Below, one piece after another: positions 9,616 to 20,310 of a DNA stretch of 64,000 nucleotides. Position 1 is the stretch's first letter, and each line of letters opens with the position of its first letter. The notes under the pieces were generated by a model. That model searched no databases, was not told where the DNA came from, and saw nothing but the letters and a program-made list of their open reading frames with translations. The DNA comes from an uncultured Gemmatimonadales bacterium (GTDB lineage: Bacteria > Gemmatimonadota > Gemmatimonadetes > Gemmatimonadales > GWC2-71-9): contig CAWGED010000005.1 in the NCBI GenBank assembly GCA_963821525.1, positions 1,056,001 to 1,120,000 on the forward strand, in the 5' to 3' direction. The position numbers and the translations under genes are program-made.

Positions 9616-12445
9616 TTCGCCGGCTGCTCCTGCTTCCAGTCGTTCTCCTCGCCGCGACCGCCACGCCCGGCCGAGCGCAGTTTGCCATCCTGGGCGAGAA
9701 CAAGGTCCAGTACCGCAAGTTCAACTGGGAGGTCCTGAAGGGTCCGCACATCGACCTGTACTTCTATCCCGAGGAAGCCGAGCTCGCGCCGACTGCGCTG
9801 CAATACGCCGAGGAGAGCTACGAGGTTCTTCGCCTGAAGTTCAGCCATGAGGTGACCAGCCGCATCCCCCTCATTGTTTACGCGTCGCATAGCGATTTCG
9901 AGCAGACCAACATCCTTCCATTCACCCCGCCCGAAGGCCTGCTCGGCGTCACCGATTTTCTCAAGCGCCGGGTGACGCTCCCGTTTCGCGGCAACCTTGC
10001 CGAGTTCCGCCACACGATGCGCCACGAGCTGGTGCACGCCTTTCAGATCAGTCTGGGGATCGACCGGTACAACCGGTCACCCCGGTCATCTGGAGTCGCC
10101 ATTCCGCTCTGGTGGACCGAGGGCCTCGCCGAGTACTGGTCGGCGGGCGAGGACGCGCGGGATGAAATGATTCTGCGGGACCTGGTCTTCAGCGGCCGAC
10201 TTCCCGACATCGAACAGCTAACCTACGTCAGCGGCGGGATCGTGTACCCGCTAGGCGGACGGATTCATCGTTGGCTCGGTGAGACCTACGGCGATTGGCG
10301 GGCGGCCCAGCTCTACCACGACCTCTGGCGATACCTGACGTTCGAGGATGCCATCCAGGCGATCTACGGCAGAAGTCTGGCCCAGCTCTCCGCAGAATTT
10401 CAGCTCGTCCATGCGGAGAGCGTACTATCCGGTGAGCGAGGAGTACGTGCCGCTTACCGTGGTCGCTCGGCGGGTCGCCGAACAGGCGGTCAAGCCGGCC
10501 GAAATGCCGAACAAGGACGGCACCAATGCCCTCTACGCCTCCCCCAAGAGCGGCTTCGTCACCCTCATGCACACCCCGCTGGATACGCATGGTGGCTCAC
10601 ATTCATTGGTGGTGAGCGGACGTTCAGCCGACTTTGCGTCGCTCCATGCGTTCGATTCACGGGTTGACGCGTCGCATGAAGGCATGCTGCTCTTCTCCAG
10701 CCAATTCGAAGACCGCGACGCCCTGGTAATCTTCAACATTCCCAAGTCCGAGATCATCGGCCGGTACCAGTTTCCCGCAGATAACCTCGATTCTGTCTCC
10801 GGTCTGGGCCAAGGACAGCCAAAGCGTGATCTTCTCCGGCCTGTCCCTGAGCGGGGTGTCCGACCTCTATCGCATGAGGCTGCCAGGCGGGGAGCTGGAG
10901 ACATCTCACCGACGACAAGTACCAGGACCTCGACCCGAGTGTCAGTCCCGGACGGTCGTGAGGTCGTCTTCGCCAGCGATCGCACCGCGGGTGGGCTGGA
11001 CGGGGCGGTGAACCTCTTCATCCTCGACCTCGAAACCAGGCAGATTCGGCAGATCACCGGCGGGCGATGGGTAGACGAGACCCCCACCTGGAGCACGGAT
11101 GACCGGATCTATTTCACCTCGGACCGGGACGGCGTGCTCAACACTTTCTCGGTTGACACTGCTGGGCGAGGGTCGGAGGGAAACGTCAGTGTGGACCGGG
11201 ACGTTTGACGCCGTCCCGCTTACCGACCGGCCCGGCTTCCTGGTAAGCGGGTTCCACGACCTTTCACTCGGGATCTATCTTCTCCCGCCCGACTCATCGG
11301 CTCAGACCCAGACCTTCTCACTGTCCCCGGAGCAGGGACCGATCGCCGAGTGGACATGGCCACTGGGAGACATCGGCCTCAGCGCGAGAACCAGTCCCCA
11401 GCCCTACCAAAAACACCTCACACTCGATTTCGCCGCCGGGTCCGCAACGTTCATCCCCCGGTACGGCGCAGCGCAGGGAATCACCTTCTACGCCAGCGAC
11501 CTGCTGAGCAACCATCTCGCCTATCTCACGATCGCATCGTACCAGGGGCGGGACTTCGGTGACATTTTCTCGAACATCAATGCGTTCGGGTTGTACATCA
11601 ACCAGACGAAGCGGTTGAACTGGGGGGTTGGAGGCTTTCGACTCAAGGGGAATACCTACGCGGGGGATTTTACCGCGGTCTACCACGAAAATGCCATCGG
11701 TGGAATCGGCCTTCTCCGCTATCCGCTTACCCGCTTCACCCGACTTCAAGCGACTCTCTCGATCGAGCACTCCGACCGGATGGATTTCGTGATCCCCGTT
11801 TCCACCCCGCGGCGCGTCGGATGGATCGCTTCTCATTACCTGACCTACGTGCGGGATAATACGCTCTGGATGTCCACCGGTCCGGTGGATGGCGGTTACC
11901 TCGGCATCACAGGAGGGCTCTCCAAAGACTTCAGCAATGCCCGCTTCGACTCGTTCCTTCTCGGCGTGGATATCCGTCGCTACTTCAGGCTGGCGCGGCG
12001 CAGCGCCTATGCCGTCCGAGTGATGGGATTCTATAGCGGGGGAGACCGGCCGGACCGGATCAACATCGGCGGTACCCTTGGGCTGCGAGGATACCCCATC
12101 TACGGCTACATTGTTGGCTCGCGCGCCTACATGGTCAATCAGGAGATCCGGTTCCCGATCTTCAATTACCTCGCCTTCGGCACGGCGGGATTGGGAGAAT
12201 TGCGCTTCCCGGATATTCACGGTGCCTTCTTCCTGGATGTCGGGAAAGCGTGGTACCAGGCCGAGGAGAACCGCGCCGTCCTGGGCAGTTGGGGTGTCAG
12301 CTTCCGCTGGCCCGTCGTACCCGGCGCTGTGCTGCGCCTCGACTGGGGCCGGCGTTTCACCGACGGTGGCTTCCGGGGATATGGCTTGACCCTCGAACAG
12401 AGAAAACGCTCCTTCGTTCAGTTCTTCTTCGGATATAACTATTGA
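9612..12445 (+). CDS. Omp85-family outer membrane protein with N-terminal zincin (peptidase MA-like) domain and PD40/TolB-like propeller; indels
   Basis: HELVH and WWTEGLAEY; PD40-like VVFASDR/IYFTSDRDG; C-terminal barrel LRGY...NQEIRFP...FFFGYNY. Confidence 0.82.
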
Positions 12446-13152
12446 TGCGGCAATGGTTTCGGCTTGACCGTGCCGTTGTCGCTTCCTATCTTGGCCTCGG
12501 GGTAACGGCGTGTGCCCCGAAGGGTCCAGTGCTGGTTCCGCCCACTGCCGCGCCCGCCAGTGAGGCGGAGGTCCAGGAGTGGGTCGCGGCAACGGTGCCC
12601 ACAGGCAGTTCGCTTTACCGCTTCAAGTGGCTTTTCGAGGAAGAGCGCCGTAGCACTGGCGGTAGGGGGAGCGCACGCATCGCGGCACCCGATTCGCTGC
12701 GATTCGACGCCGCGGGACCCCTTGGAGCTGGAAAGATTCAGGCCGTTGTAGTGGGAGATTCGGCGATCTGGGTCCAGCCCGAGAAATCACTCGAAGACCT
12801 GGTTCCCAACTACCCGCTACTCTGGGCCATGCTAGGCGTCGCGCGCCTCCCCTCACCCGGGGCCACCTTTCGGGGCGCGGCCGAGCCGGATCGGGTGGCA
12901 TGGGAATACGCCATCGGTCCCGACACCGTGCAATATTTAAGGACACAGGGAAAGAGCCGGACGCTGTACGCTCGGGTGCGTCACGCCGGAAAAACGGTCG
13001 GCCAGTCGGAGACGACACTCTCCGAAGATGGGAGGCCCACCAAGGCCAAGCTCACGGTGCCGAGCGGCCCGGCGAAATTGACGTTGACCTTCTACTCGAG
13101 TGTGCCAACTGCGGCCTTTCCATCTGGGACGTGGCTTCCTCCCAAGCCTTAG
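12445..13152 (+). CDS. hypothetical lipoprotein (possibly LolB/DUF4292-like beta fold)
   Basis: lipobox-like VTAC; beta-rich; translationally coupled within the operon. Confidence 0.55.
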   Translation: MRQWFRLDRAVVASYLGLGVTACAPKGPVLVPPTAAPASEAEVQEWVAATVPTGSSLYRFKWLFEEERRSTGGRGSARIAAPDSLRFDAAGPLGAGKIQAVVVGDSAIWVQPEKSLEDLVPNYPLLWAMLGVARLPSPGATFRGAAEPDRVAWEYAIGPDTVQYLRTQGKSRTLYARVRHAGKTVGQSETTLSEDGRPTKAKLTVPSGPAKLTLTFYSSVPTAAFPSGTWLPPKP

Positions 13153-13639
13153 CGCTCTGGCGCTGACGGGCTGCCTGTACGGTTTTGCAGGAGGCGGCCT
13201 TCCTTCGGACATCAAGACGGTAGCAGTGCTGCCGTTCGACAACCTGACCCCTGAGCCCACGCTGACCCAGGAGATCTCGGACAAGGTTCGGGAAGCGGTG
13301 CAGGGCAGGCTGGGGTTGCGGCAGGCTGGCGAGGCGAGCGCGGACGCGATTGTGCGTGGCAGCATCACGCGCTACGAGCCCGATCTTCCCGTCGCATACA
13401 CCGGTACGGCGGTGGCACAGGGTCAGCCCGACAGCATCGACGTCACCAAGCGGCTGGTGCAGATCACGGTCTCGGTGGAGATCCTGGACCAACACCGGGG
13501 GAAGACTCTGTGGCAGGCGAATGGACTGACCCTTGAAGGAGATTACGCGCCGGGCAGTGAGACCGAGAAGGATGGACGGGAGAAGGCCCTCGACAAGCTG
13601 GTGACCAACATCGTGGATGGAGCACAATCCCAATGGTGA
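13100..13639 (+). CDS. lptE: LptE family LPS-assembly lipoprotein
   Basis: LTGC-LYGF lipobox, LPSDIKTVAVLPFDNLT...ADAIVRGSI. Confidence 0.75.
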   Translation: MCQLRPFHLGRGFLPSLSALALTGCLYGFAGGGLPSDIKTVAVLPFDNLTPEPTLTQEISDKVREAVQGRLGLRQAGEASADAIVRGSITRYEPDLPVAYTGTAVAQGQPDSIDVTKRLVQITVSVEILDQHRGKTLWQANGLTLEGDYAPGSETEKDGREKALDKLVTNIVDGAQSQW

Positions 13640-14004
13640 GCACGCGGCAAGGTTCACGGCGTGGAACGAGCACCGCAGGCTGCCTGTTCTCGCTGGTCCT
13701 GTTCGTGGCAGCCATCTACTACGGCATCAATATCGGCAAGCCGTGGTTCCGGTACTACCAGTTGCTCGACGAGATGCGGTCGGCGGCGCGGTTGGCTCCC
13801 ACCCTCTCCGATGCGGTCATTCGGCGGCGGCTCGACGAGAAAGTTGACGAGCTGGGTTTGCCGGCTGACGCCAATAAGTTTCAGATCACCCGCTCCGGCA
13901 AGCCACGCAAGATCATCATTACGACCACCTACAGCGAAACCGTGACCCTGCCGCTGTTCGAGCACACCTTCATCTACACGCCAAAGGCCGAAGAAGCGTT
14001 GTGA
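13633..14004 (+). CDS. hypothetical membrane-anchored protein (DUF4845-like)
   Basis: RRG..GC then a TM helix; coupled to neighbours. Confidence 0.6.
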   Translation: MVSTRQGSRRGTSTAGCLFSLVLFVAAIYYGINIGKPWFRYYQLLDEMRSAARLAPTLSDAVIRRRLDEKVDELGLPADANKFQITRSGKPRKIIITTTYSETVTLPLFEHTFIYTPKAEEAL

Positions 14005-15204
14005 ACCACCCGGTGGCCGCATTGCTCCTGGTTGTCGCGGCGATCCTTGTCACGGCCAAGCTGTTTGGGGAGGTCGCTGAACGGTTGGGAGTGCCTGCGG
14101 TCCTGGGGGAACTGGTCGCGGGTCTTATCCTGGGGCCCGGACTCCTCGGCGTCATCCCCGCCTCGGGGGAGCCCGGAGCAGAAGTCATCAGCTTCCTCGC
14201 CGAACTGGGCGTCATCCTCCTCCTGTTCGAAGTAGGACTCGAGACCGACCTCAAGCAGATGTTCCAGGTCGGGAGCTCGGCCGCCGCCGTCGCGCTCGTC
14301 GGCGTCACCGTGCCTTTCGTCCTCGGGTACCTCTTCTGGCTGTATGCACCCCACGCGGCCAGCACCAGCAATGCGGATCAGCATCGATCGCGATTCTGGT
14401 AGGTGCGGTGCTGACCGCGACCTCCGTTGGTATAACCGCGCGCGTCCTGTCTGACCTGGGATCTCTGCAGACTGTCGAGGCCCGAATCATTCTCGGGGCC
14501 GCAGTGATTGATGACGTACTGGGACTCGTTATTCTGGGCGCCGTTTCGAGGCTGACTGCGGGGGCGCGGTCTCGACTCTGGGACTGCTGCGCATCCTGGC
14601 CCAAGGCGTCGGGTTTCTGGTGCTCGCGGTGATTCTGGGTGGGATGATCGTACCGCGGTTGTTCCGTCTCATCGACCGGCTGAAGGTTCGCGGGGCCGTG
14701 GTGACGCTGGCGATCGGCCTCACCCTGGCGCTTGCCGCGGCGGCGGACTTGGCCGGGTCAGCGCTCATCATCGGTGCCTTTGCCGCCGGCCTGGTCATGA
14801 GAGACAGCGACCAGCTTCATACCGTCGTCAATGAGGGCGGTCCAGTCGCCGGGCTGTTGGCTCCCATCTTCTTCGTGACGGTGGGCGCCGGTGCCAATAT
14901 CCGCCTGCTGGACCCCCGAGTTCCGGGGGCGGTCCCCATCCTGAGCCTCGCCGTCGCGCTGACATTGATCGCGGTCGTCGGCAAGATTGTCGCGGGCTGG
15001 GCTGCTCCCTGGCAGCCGTTTCGGCGACTCGCTGTTGGCGTAGGGATGGTTCCCCGCGGCGAAGTAGGCCTTATCTTCGCCGATATGGGCCGCCGCACCG
15101 GTCTGCTGGATGCTGCCAGCTTCAGCGCGATACTGATCGTGGTGATGGCGACCACGTTCATCGCCCCGTTGTGGCTGAAACCGCTCCTCCGCCGCGCGCG
15201 TTGA
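14001..15204 (+). CDS. cation:proton antiporter (CPA2 family); indels
   Basis: LGELVAG, LLFEVGLE, TATSVGIT, AAVIDD, GMVPRGEVGLI. Confidence 0.92.
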
Positions 15205-15214
15205 GTCCATCGCC

Positions 15215-15715
15215 ATGGAGTTCGAACCGACCTTCACCAAGATCCGGCCTCGCCACGAGGCGGCTCGGTGGCGCGAGGGCCTCGAGGGCACGGTCGTCTT
15301 CACCAATGGCGTCTTCGACCTGTTGCATCGTGGCCACGTCGTATTGCTCGAGGCGGCTAGAGCCGAAGGAGACCAGCTCATCGTCGGAATCAACAGCGAC
15401 GCCTCGGCTCGGCGCATCAAGGGCGATGGCCATCCCGTCGTCAATCAGGATGATCGCGCCCGGCTGATCGCCGCCTTCGCCGCGGTGGATTGTGTCGTCA
15501 TCTTCGACGAGGACACCCCGCTGCAGCTGATCACGGCCCTCGAGCCGGACGTTCTGGTCAAGGGATCCGACTACCGCCCGGAGACCACGGTTGGAGCCGA
15601 CGTCGTCAGTATCGCGGGGGGCAGGGTCAAGCACGTGGAGCTCGCGATCGACCCCCAGACCACCAGTGTCCTTTCCTCCACCTCAATAGCGGAGAGGGTT
15701 CGTGCCTCGTCCTGA
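15215..15715 (+). CDS. rfaE2: D-glycero-beta-D-manno-heptose 1-phosphate adenylyltransferase (RfaE domain II)
   Basis: VFTNGVFDLLHRGH, VGINSDAS, PDVLVKGSDY. Confidence 0.88.
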   Translation: MEFEPTFTKIRPRHEAARWREGLEGTVVFTNGVFDLLHRGHVVLLEAARAEGDQLIVGINSDASARRIKGDGHPVVNQDDRARLIAAFAAVDCVVIFDEDTPLQLITALEPDVLVKGSDYRPETTVGADVVSIAGGRVKHVELAIDPQTTSVLSSTSIAERVRASS

Positions 15716-16412
15716 CGGTCGTTCTGCCGACCAGCTGCGACCCGTGGTGCTGGAGCGCCGGGTTAATCCGTATGCGGAAGGCTCCTGCCTCATCCGGATG
15801 GGAGGCACCCTGGTCCACTGCACTGCGACGGTCGAGACCGGCGCTCCTGGATGGAAGAAGGGAAGTGGTGAAGGTTGGGTCACAGCGGAGTACGCCATGC
15901 TGCCAAGAGCGACGACCGAACGCACCGAGCGTGAGCGGCGGGGACCGGGTGGCCGTACGCAGGAGATTCAGCGGCTGGTGGGACGCTCACTGCGAGCGGC
16001 CATGCGGACGATGAAGTTTGGGGAGTACACCATCCGGGTGGATTGCGATGTGCTCCAGGCCGACGGGGGGACTCGGACCGCCAGCATCACCGGCGGGTGC
16101 GTGGCGCTCTATGATGCATGCGCGTGGATCGCGGAACGAACCGGTCAGCCCAGTCCGTTTGGACAACTTGTCGCGGCAGTCTCGGTTGGCGTCATCGATG
16201 GCGAGCTACTGCTCGATCTCGCCTATCTCGAGGATCGAGATGCCATAGTGGATTCCAACGTCGTGATGGTCCATCCTGACCGGTTCGTAGAGGTGCAGGG
16301 CACCGGGGAGCATGGGACCTTCTCTCGCGCCGAGCTGGAGCGACTGGTCGGCATGGCCGAATCGGGGATTCGGCAGCTCTTCCGAGCCCAGCAGGCCGCC
16401 CTGGGATCGTGA
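15702..16412 (+). CDS. rph: ribonuclease PH
   Basis: RPDGR, GWVTAEYAMLP, EIQRLVGRSLR, DCDVLQADGGTRTASITG. Confidence 0.97.
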   Translation: MPRPDGRSADQLRPVVLERRVNPYAEGSCLIRMGGTLVHCTATVETGAPGWKKGSGEGWVTAEYAMLPRATTERTERERRGPGGRTQEIQRLVGRSLRAAMRTMKFGEYTIRVDCDVLQADGGTRTASITGGCVALYDACAWIAERTGQPSPFGQLVAAVSVGVIDGELLLDLAYLEDRDAIVDSNVVMVHPDRFVEVQGTGEHGTFSRAELERLVGMAESGIRQLFRAQQAALGS

Positions 16413-17017
16413 GACTGCTCGCCGCTACCCGAAGCGCGGGCAAGCAAGGGGAGATACGGCGGGTTCTGGAGGCGGCGGGGCACGAAGTGATCTTCCCGGA
16501 CCGGGCCGGGGTGCTCGAGACCCGGGAAGAAGACCGGCTCGAGTTGAGCGACAGCTTCGAGACCAACGCCCGCAGCAAGGCGGAATACTTCTCCCGAAAG
16601 ACCGGGCTCCCTACCATCGCCGACGATTCGGGTCTCGAGGTCTTGGTACTGGGCGGTGCACCCGGCGCCCGGTCCAAGCGATGGGCCGGGGCTACGGGAA
16701 GTCCCGCCGAAGTCGATGCCGCCAACAACGCCGAGCTGCTGAGGAGACTCGCGGGGGCAGAGCCGGAGCGTCGTCGGGCGCGCTACCGGTGCGTGCTTGT
16801 CCTGATCCGTCGGCCCGGTGCCGTTCCCGAGATTTTTCAGGGCGTGTGCGAGGGCTCGATCCTCGACGACCCCCGGGGGAGCGGTGGTTTTGGGTACGAC
16901 CCTCTCTTTCTCAGCGTGGAGTTGGGGAAGACCTTCGGTGAGGCCACGCCAGAGGAGAAGGACTCGGTGAGTCATCGAGGCCGGGCGCTGCAGGCGCTGA
17001 TTGCGAGAGTCGAGTAG
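16409..17017 (+). CDS. rdgB: non-canonical purine NTP pyrophosphatase
   Basis: ADDSGL, GFGYDP, SHRGRAL; follows rph. Confidence 0.95.
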   Translation: MRLLAATRSAGKQGEIRRVLEAAGHEVIFPDRAGVLETREEDRLELSDSFETNARSKAEYFSRKTGLPTIADDSGLEVLVLGGAPGARSKRWAGATGSPAEVDAANNAELLRRLAGAEPERRRARYRCVLVLIRRPGAVPEIFQGVCEGSILDDPRGSGGFGYDPLFLSVELGKTFGEATPEEKDSVSHRGRALQALIARVE

Positions 17018-17046
17018 ACTGGCAGTGTGGGTCGCGGATCGCGCGT

Positions 17047-17123
17047 CACAACCGACCACCACTCCCCACAACCGTCATCTGTCGCGACTCTCCTCGTCTC
17101 CCGTCTTCCGTCTCCTGTCTCCC
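17047..17123. repeat. C-rich heptamer array (gtctccc-type)
   Basis: gtctccc gtcttcc gtctcct gtctccc at 17096-17123; weaker cacaacc/gaccacc units upstream. Confidence 0.7.
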
Positions 17124-17149
17124 TACCTTACTGTTCTCCCCCGCACCAA

Positions 17150-17223
17150 CGGGGTGTGGCGCAGTCCGGTAGCGCGCCTGCTTTGGGAGCAGGAGGTCCC
17201 GGGTTCGAATCCCGGCGCCCCGA
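17150..17223 (+). tRNA. tRNA-Pro (TGG), CCA not encoded
   Basis: CGGGGTG...CCTGC TT TGG GA GCAGG...GGTTCGAATCC...CGCCCCGA. Confidence 0.96.
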
Positions 17224-17287
17224 TTTTCTCGCCCTCGCCATCGGATCTCGCCGCCCAGCCGGGGGCGCGGTACATTCCCCAATCCAT

Positions 17288-19433
17288 ATGAAATCGGCCA
17301 GTGTCTGGAGATCGGCCCGGTTCGCTCCGGCGCTGGTAATCGCGGGCGTCGTAGTCATCTGGTTTGAGGCCCTCCTCGTGGATGCGTCCCACGGGATCTT
17401 CAAAGCCGAGGCATTCGCCGAACGCGCCGCGTCAAGTCTGGGCGACCCCCGCGTGTCGGGCTATGTGGCCGAAAAGCTCACCGACGCGATTATCGAGCAA
17501 CGTCCCAACCTGATCGCCCTCCGGCCACTCATCGTCGGCACCATGGGCGGCCTTGTGCAGAGCCAGCCGTTCCGTGCGGTGGCACGCCGTGCGCTCGCCA
17601 CGGCCCAGGCCTCACTCTTTTCCGAGGAAGGAACGCAGGTCCTCCTCTCGGTCCCCGACGTGGGCATCCTGCTCCGGAGTGCCTTGGCAGGTGCCAATCC
17701 TGAACTCGCGGCAAAGATTCCCGACCGGCTCGATTCCGCCGTGGGCCGTCTCGAAAAGAGCCGAGCCGGACAAATTCTTTCCCGCGCCCATACGCTGTGG
17801 GGACGAGTCAAGTGGCTCACCCGGGTCCTCCTGATCGTAGGGCCACTCCTGGTCCTGGCCGGCATCGGACTGCATCGAGATCGCCGCAGAGGATTGATAC
17901 GAGCGGGGACGGCCCTCATCGTGACCGGCCTCTTCATTGCCCTGCTTGTGCCCTTTGGCCGGCTCGTCGCGCTGTGGCTGGTGCCTCATGACATCGCGGC
18001 GCGCGCGGCTGTCTTCGGTGTGTGGCGGGCCTATTTCCTCGGTCTCTTCGTTTGGGCCACAACGCTCGCCGGGGCCGGCTTGGTGCTGGCCGCGGCGGGT
18101 ACTTCTCTCTACGAAGGTCTCGACCCCTTCATCCGAATTCGGTCCTTGACCCACACTGCTCTCCACCCTCCAGCGTCCAGGAGCGGCCGGGGACTGTGGG
18201 CTCTGGCGATGGGCCTGACTGGCACGGTCATTCTCATGTGGCCGACCGCCCTGCTCACCGCCGCGGCCGTTGTTGGTCGGACTGCTTCTGATATACGTCG
18301 GGTTGCGTGAGTTCTTCCGGCTCGTGATCGAACGGGTTCCTGAGGTCAGCGAAGAGGTCGAAGCCTCCTCTGGCAGCGGACGCCGTCTGGCCTTCATCCT
18401 CGGGCTCGCCGCGATCCTGATCGGCGCGATCCTCTACTGGCGCCGCCCGACCAATCCGGCCTTCGTCCCCGACAGCATCGTCAGCTGCAATGGCTCACCC
18501 CTTCTATGTGATCGCCGGGTGGACCAGGTCGTTTTCCCCGGCGCCCATAACGCGATGTCCAACGCCGAAGCGGCCGGGTGGATGTTCCCTCACCATCAAA
18601 AGGGCATTGCAGCGATGCTGCAGGATGGCGTGCGCGCCCTGCTCATCGACATCCACTACGGCATCCCGACCGACCAGCGGGTGAAGACCGATCTCGATGC
18701 CGAGCAGTCCAGCCTGGAGAAGATCGAAGGGGCCGTTGGACCCGAGGGAACAGCCGCCGCGATGCGCATCCGCGACCGGCTGGTGGTGGGCAAGGGCCAG
18801 GAACACGGCCTGTTCTTTTGCCACGGGTTCTGCGAGCTCGGCGCTTACCCCGTGGTGCCGGTGCTGCGCGAAGTGCGCGACTTCATGGTCGAGCATCCCG
18901 ACCAGGTGGTCATTCTCGTCATCGAAGACTATGTGTCGCCGGAGGACCTGAAAAAGGCGTTCGACGAATCGGGACTGACCGAGCTGGTGGATACTCTGGG
19001 TGTGACGCCGCCATGGCCGACGCTGCGCCAGTTGGTCGATGCCAATCAACGAGTGATCGTCTTCACCGAATCGGGCCGTCCTGGCGTCCCCTGGCTGCAC
19101 CCGACACTGGGGACCATTCAGGAGACTCCGTACACCTTCCATCAGCCGTCGGACTTTTCCTGCCGCCCAAACCGCGGTGATACGACCGGTTCGCTGTTTC
19201 AGATCAACCACTGGATCGAAACGACCCCCGCACCCAAGCCCAGCAATGCCGCGCTGGTGAATGCTTACGACGCCCTTCTGGCGCGGGCCCGCGAGTGCCA
19301 GCGGGCGCGGGGCCACCTTCCCAATGTGATCGCCGTCGACTTCTACGATATCGGCGACCTGTTCCGGGTGGCCCGCACCCTCAATGGCTTGCCCGACAGC
19401 CTCATGGCGACGAAGTCGTCTACCGTTCCTTGA
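17288..19433 (+). CDS. multi-TM membrane protein with C-terminal PI-PLC-like phosphodiesterase domain; indel near 18270
   Basis: CNG...CDRR, HNAMS, GVRALLID, CHGFCELG, LVIED, PNVIAVDFY. Confidence 0.75.
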
Positions 19434-20148
19434 CCCAGGCCGGTCGCTGCCAGCCGGACGGGTCCCACAGCTGGTCTGGCAGGGGGACGTCGCCTTTCAC
19501 GTCGGCGTAATCTTCCCGTTGTAGCGTCTTGCCGTTCACGTTGAAGATCACTTCGACTGAAATCCATCCGTTGCCGAGCGGCTGGTACTTGTTGAACTGG
19601 GTTTCGAATGTGGCACCCGAACCGTCTGGCGCCGGCTCGATCATTCGCACGAAGAGAAGCCGTTCCTGATCAATCCAGAACTGCGCGGTCGTACTGTCTC
19701 CCTGAGCCGCGCCGACGATATAGACAGGATGTCCCTGCCAGGTATCGGTCCGAAGCTTGCTCAGATCGAACCCCAGGTCCTTGAGTTTGCTGATCGTCTG
19801 GTCGGCAGGCTGGTTGTAGACGTCGAAACCGAGCACCATCAGGGGATGAACGAAGCTTTTTGAACCGGCCAGCTTGCCGCCCTTGAACTGATAGATCGAA
19901 TCGTTGCGGAACAGAATGGTGCGGCCGCTATCGATCGGTGCAACATCGATGCGCAGGGCGCCTGGGATCTTCGCCGCCTCGTACCAGGTCTCGACCTTCC
20001 CGGTCTGCGGAAAGCTGGTGGTCTGCACGAAGGTCAGCGTCTTGTACCATTTGCCGGCGTACCGTTGCTGCATGGCCTGAATGAGCTGTTCGCCGTTCGT
20101 CGGTGGAAGCATCAGCAGGGTGGAAGCGGTGAAGGCAATCAGGAGCAT
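19420..20148 (-). CDS. secreted protein, LolA-like/outer-membrane lipoprotein-sorting fold
   Basis: intact ORF with signal peptide and GGAGG SD; WYKTLTFVQ...PGALRID...QFWID. Confidence 0.6.
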   Translation of the reverse strand: MLLIAFTASTLLMLPPTNGEQLIQAMQQRYAGKWYKTLTFVQTTSFPQTGKVETWYEAAKIPGALRIDVAPIDSGRTILFRNDSIYQFKGGKLAGSKSFVHPLMVLGFDVYNQPADQTISKLKDLGFDLSKLRTDTWQGHPVYIVGAAQGDSTTAQFWIDQERLLFVRMIEPAPDGSGATFETQFNKYQPLGNGWISVEVIFNVNGKTLQREDYADVKGDVPLPDQLWDPSGWQRPAWVKER

Positions 20149-20310
20149 GAGACCTCCAGGGGGGTTGTATGGTCATTCGTCACAGTAAGGGGGTGCTGCC
20201 TGTACGTTCAAAACGGGTGGTCGGTTTCCCTCGACAGCAAACACTGGTGGAGCTTATCTTTCCTGCCACTAGCGATGGGTGCTGTGCGGCCTCAACCGCT
20301 GCGGGTATAG

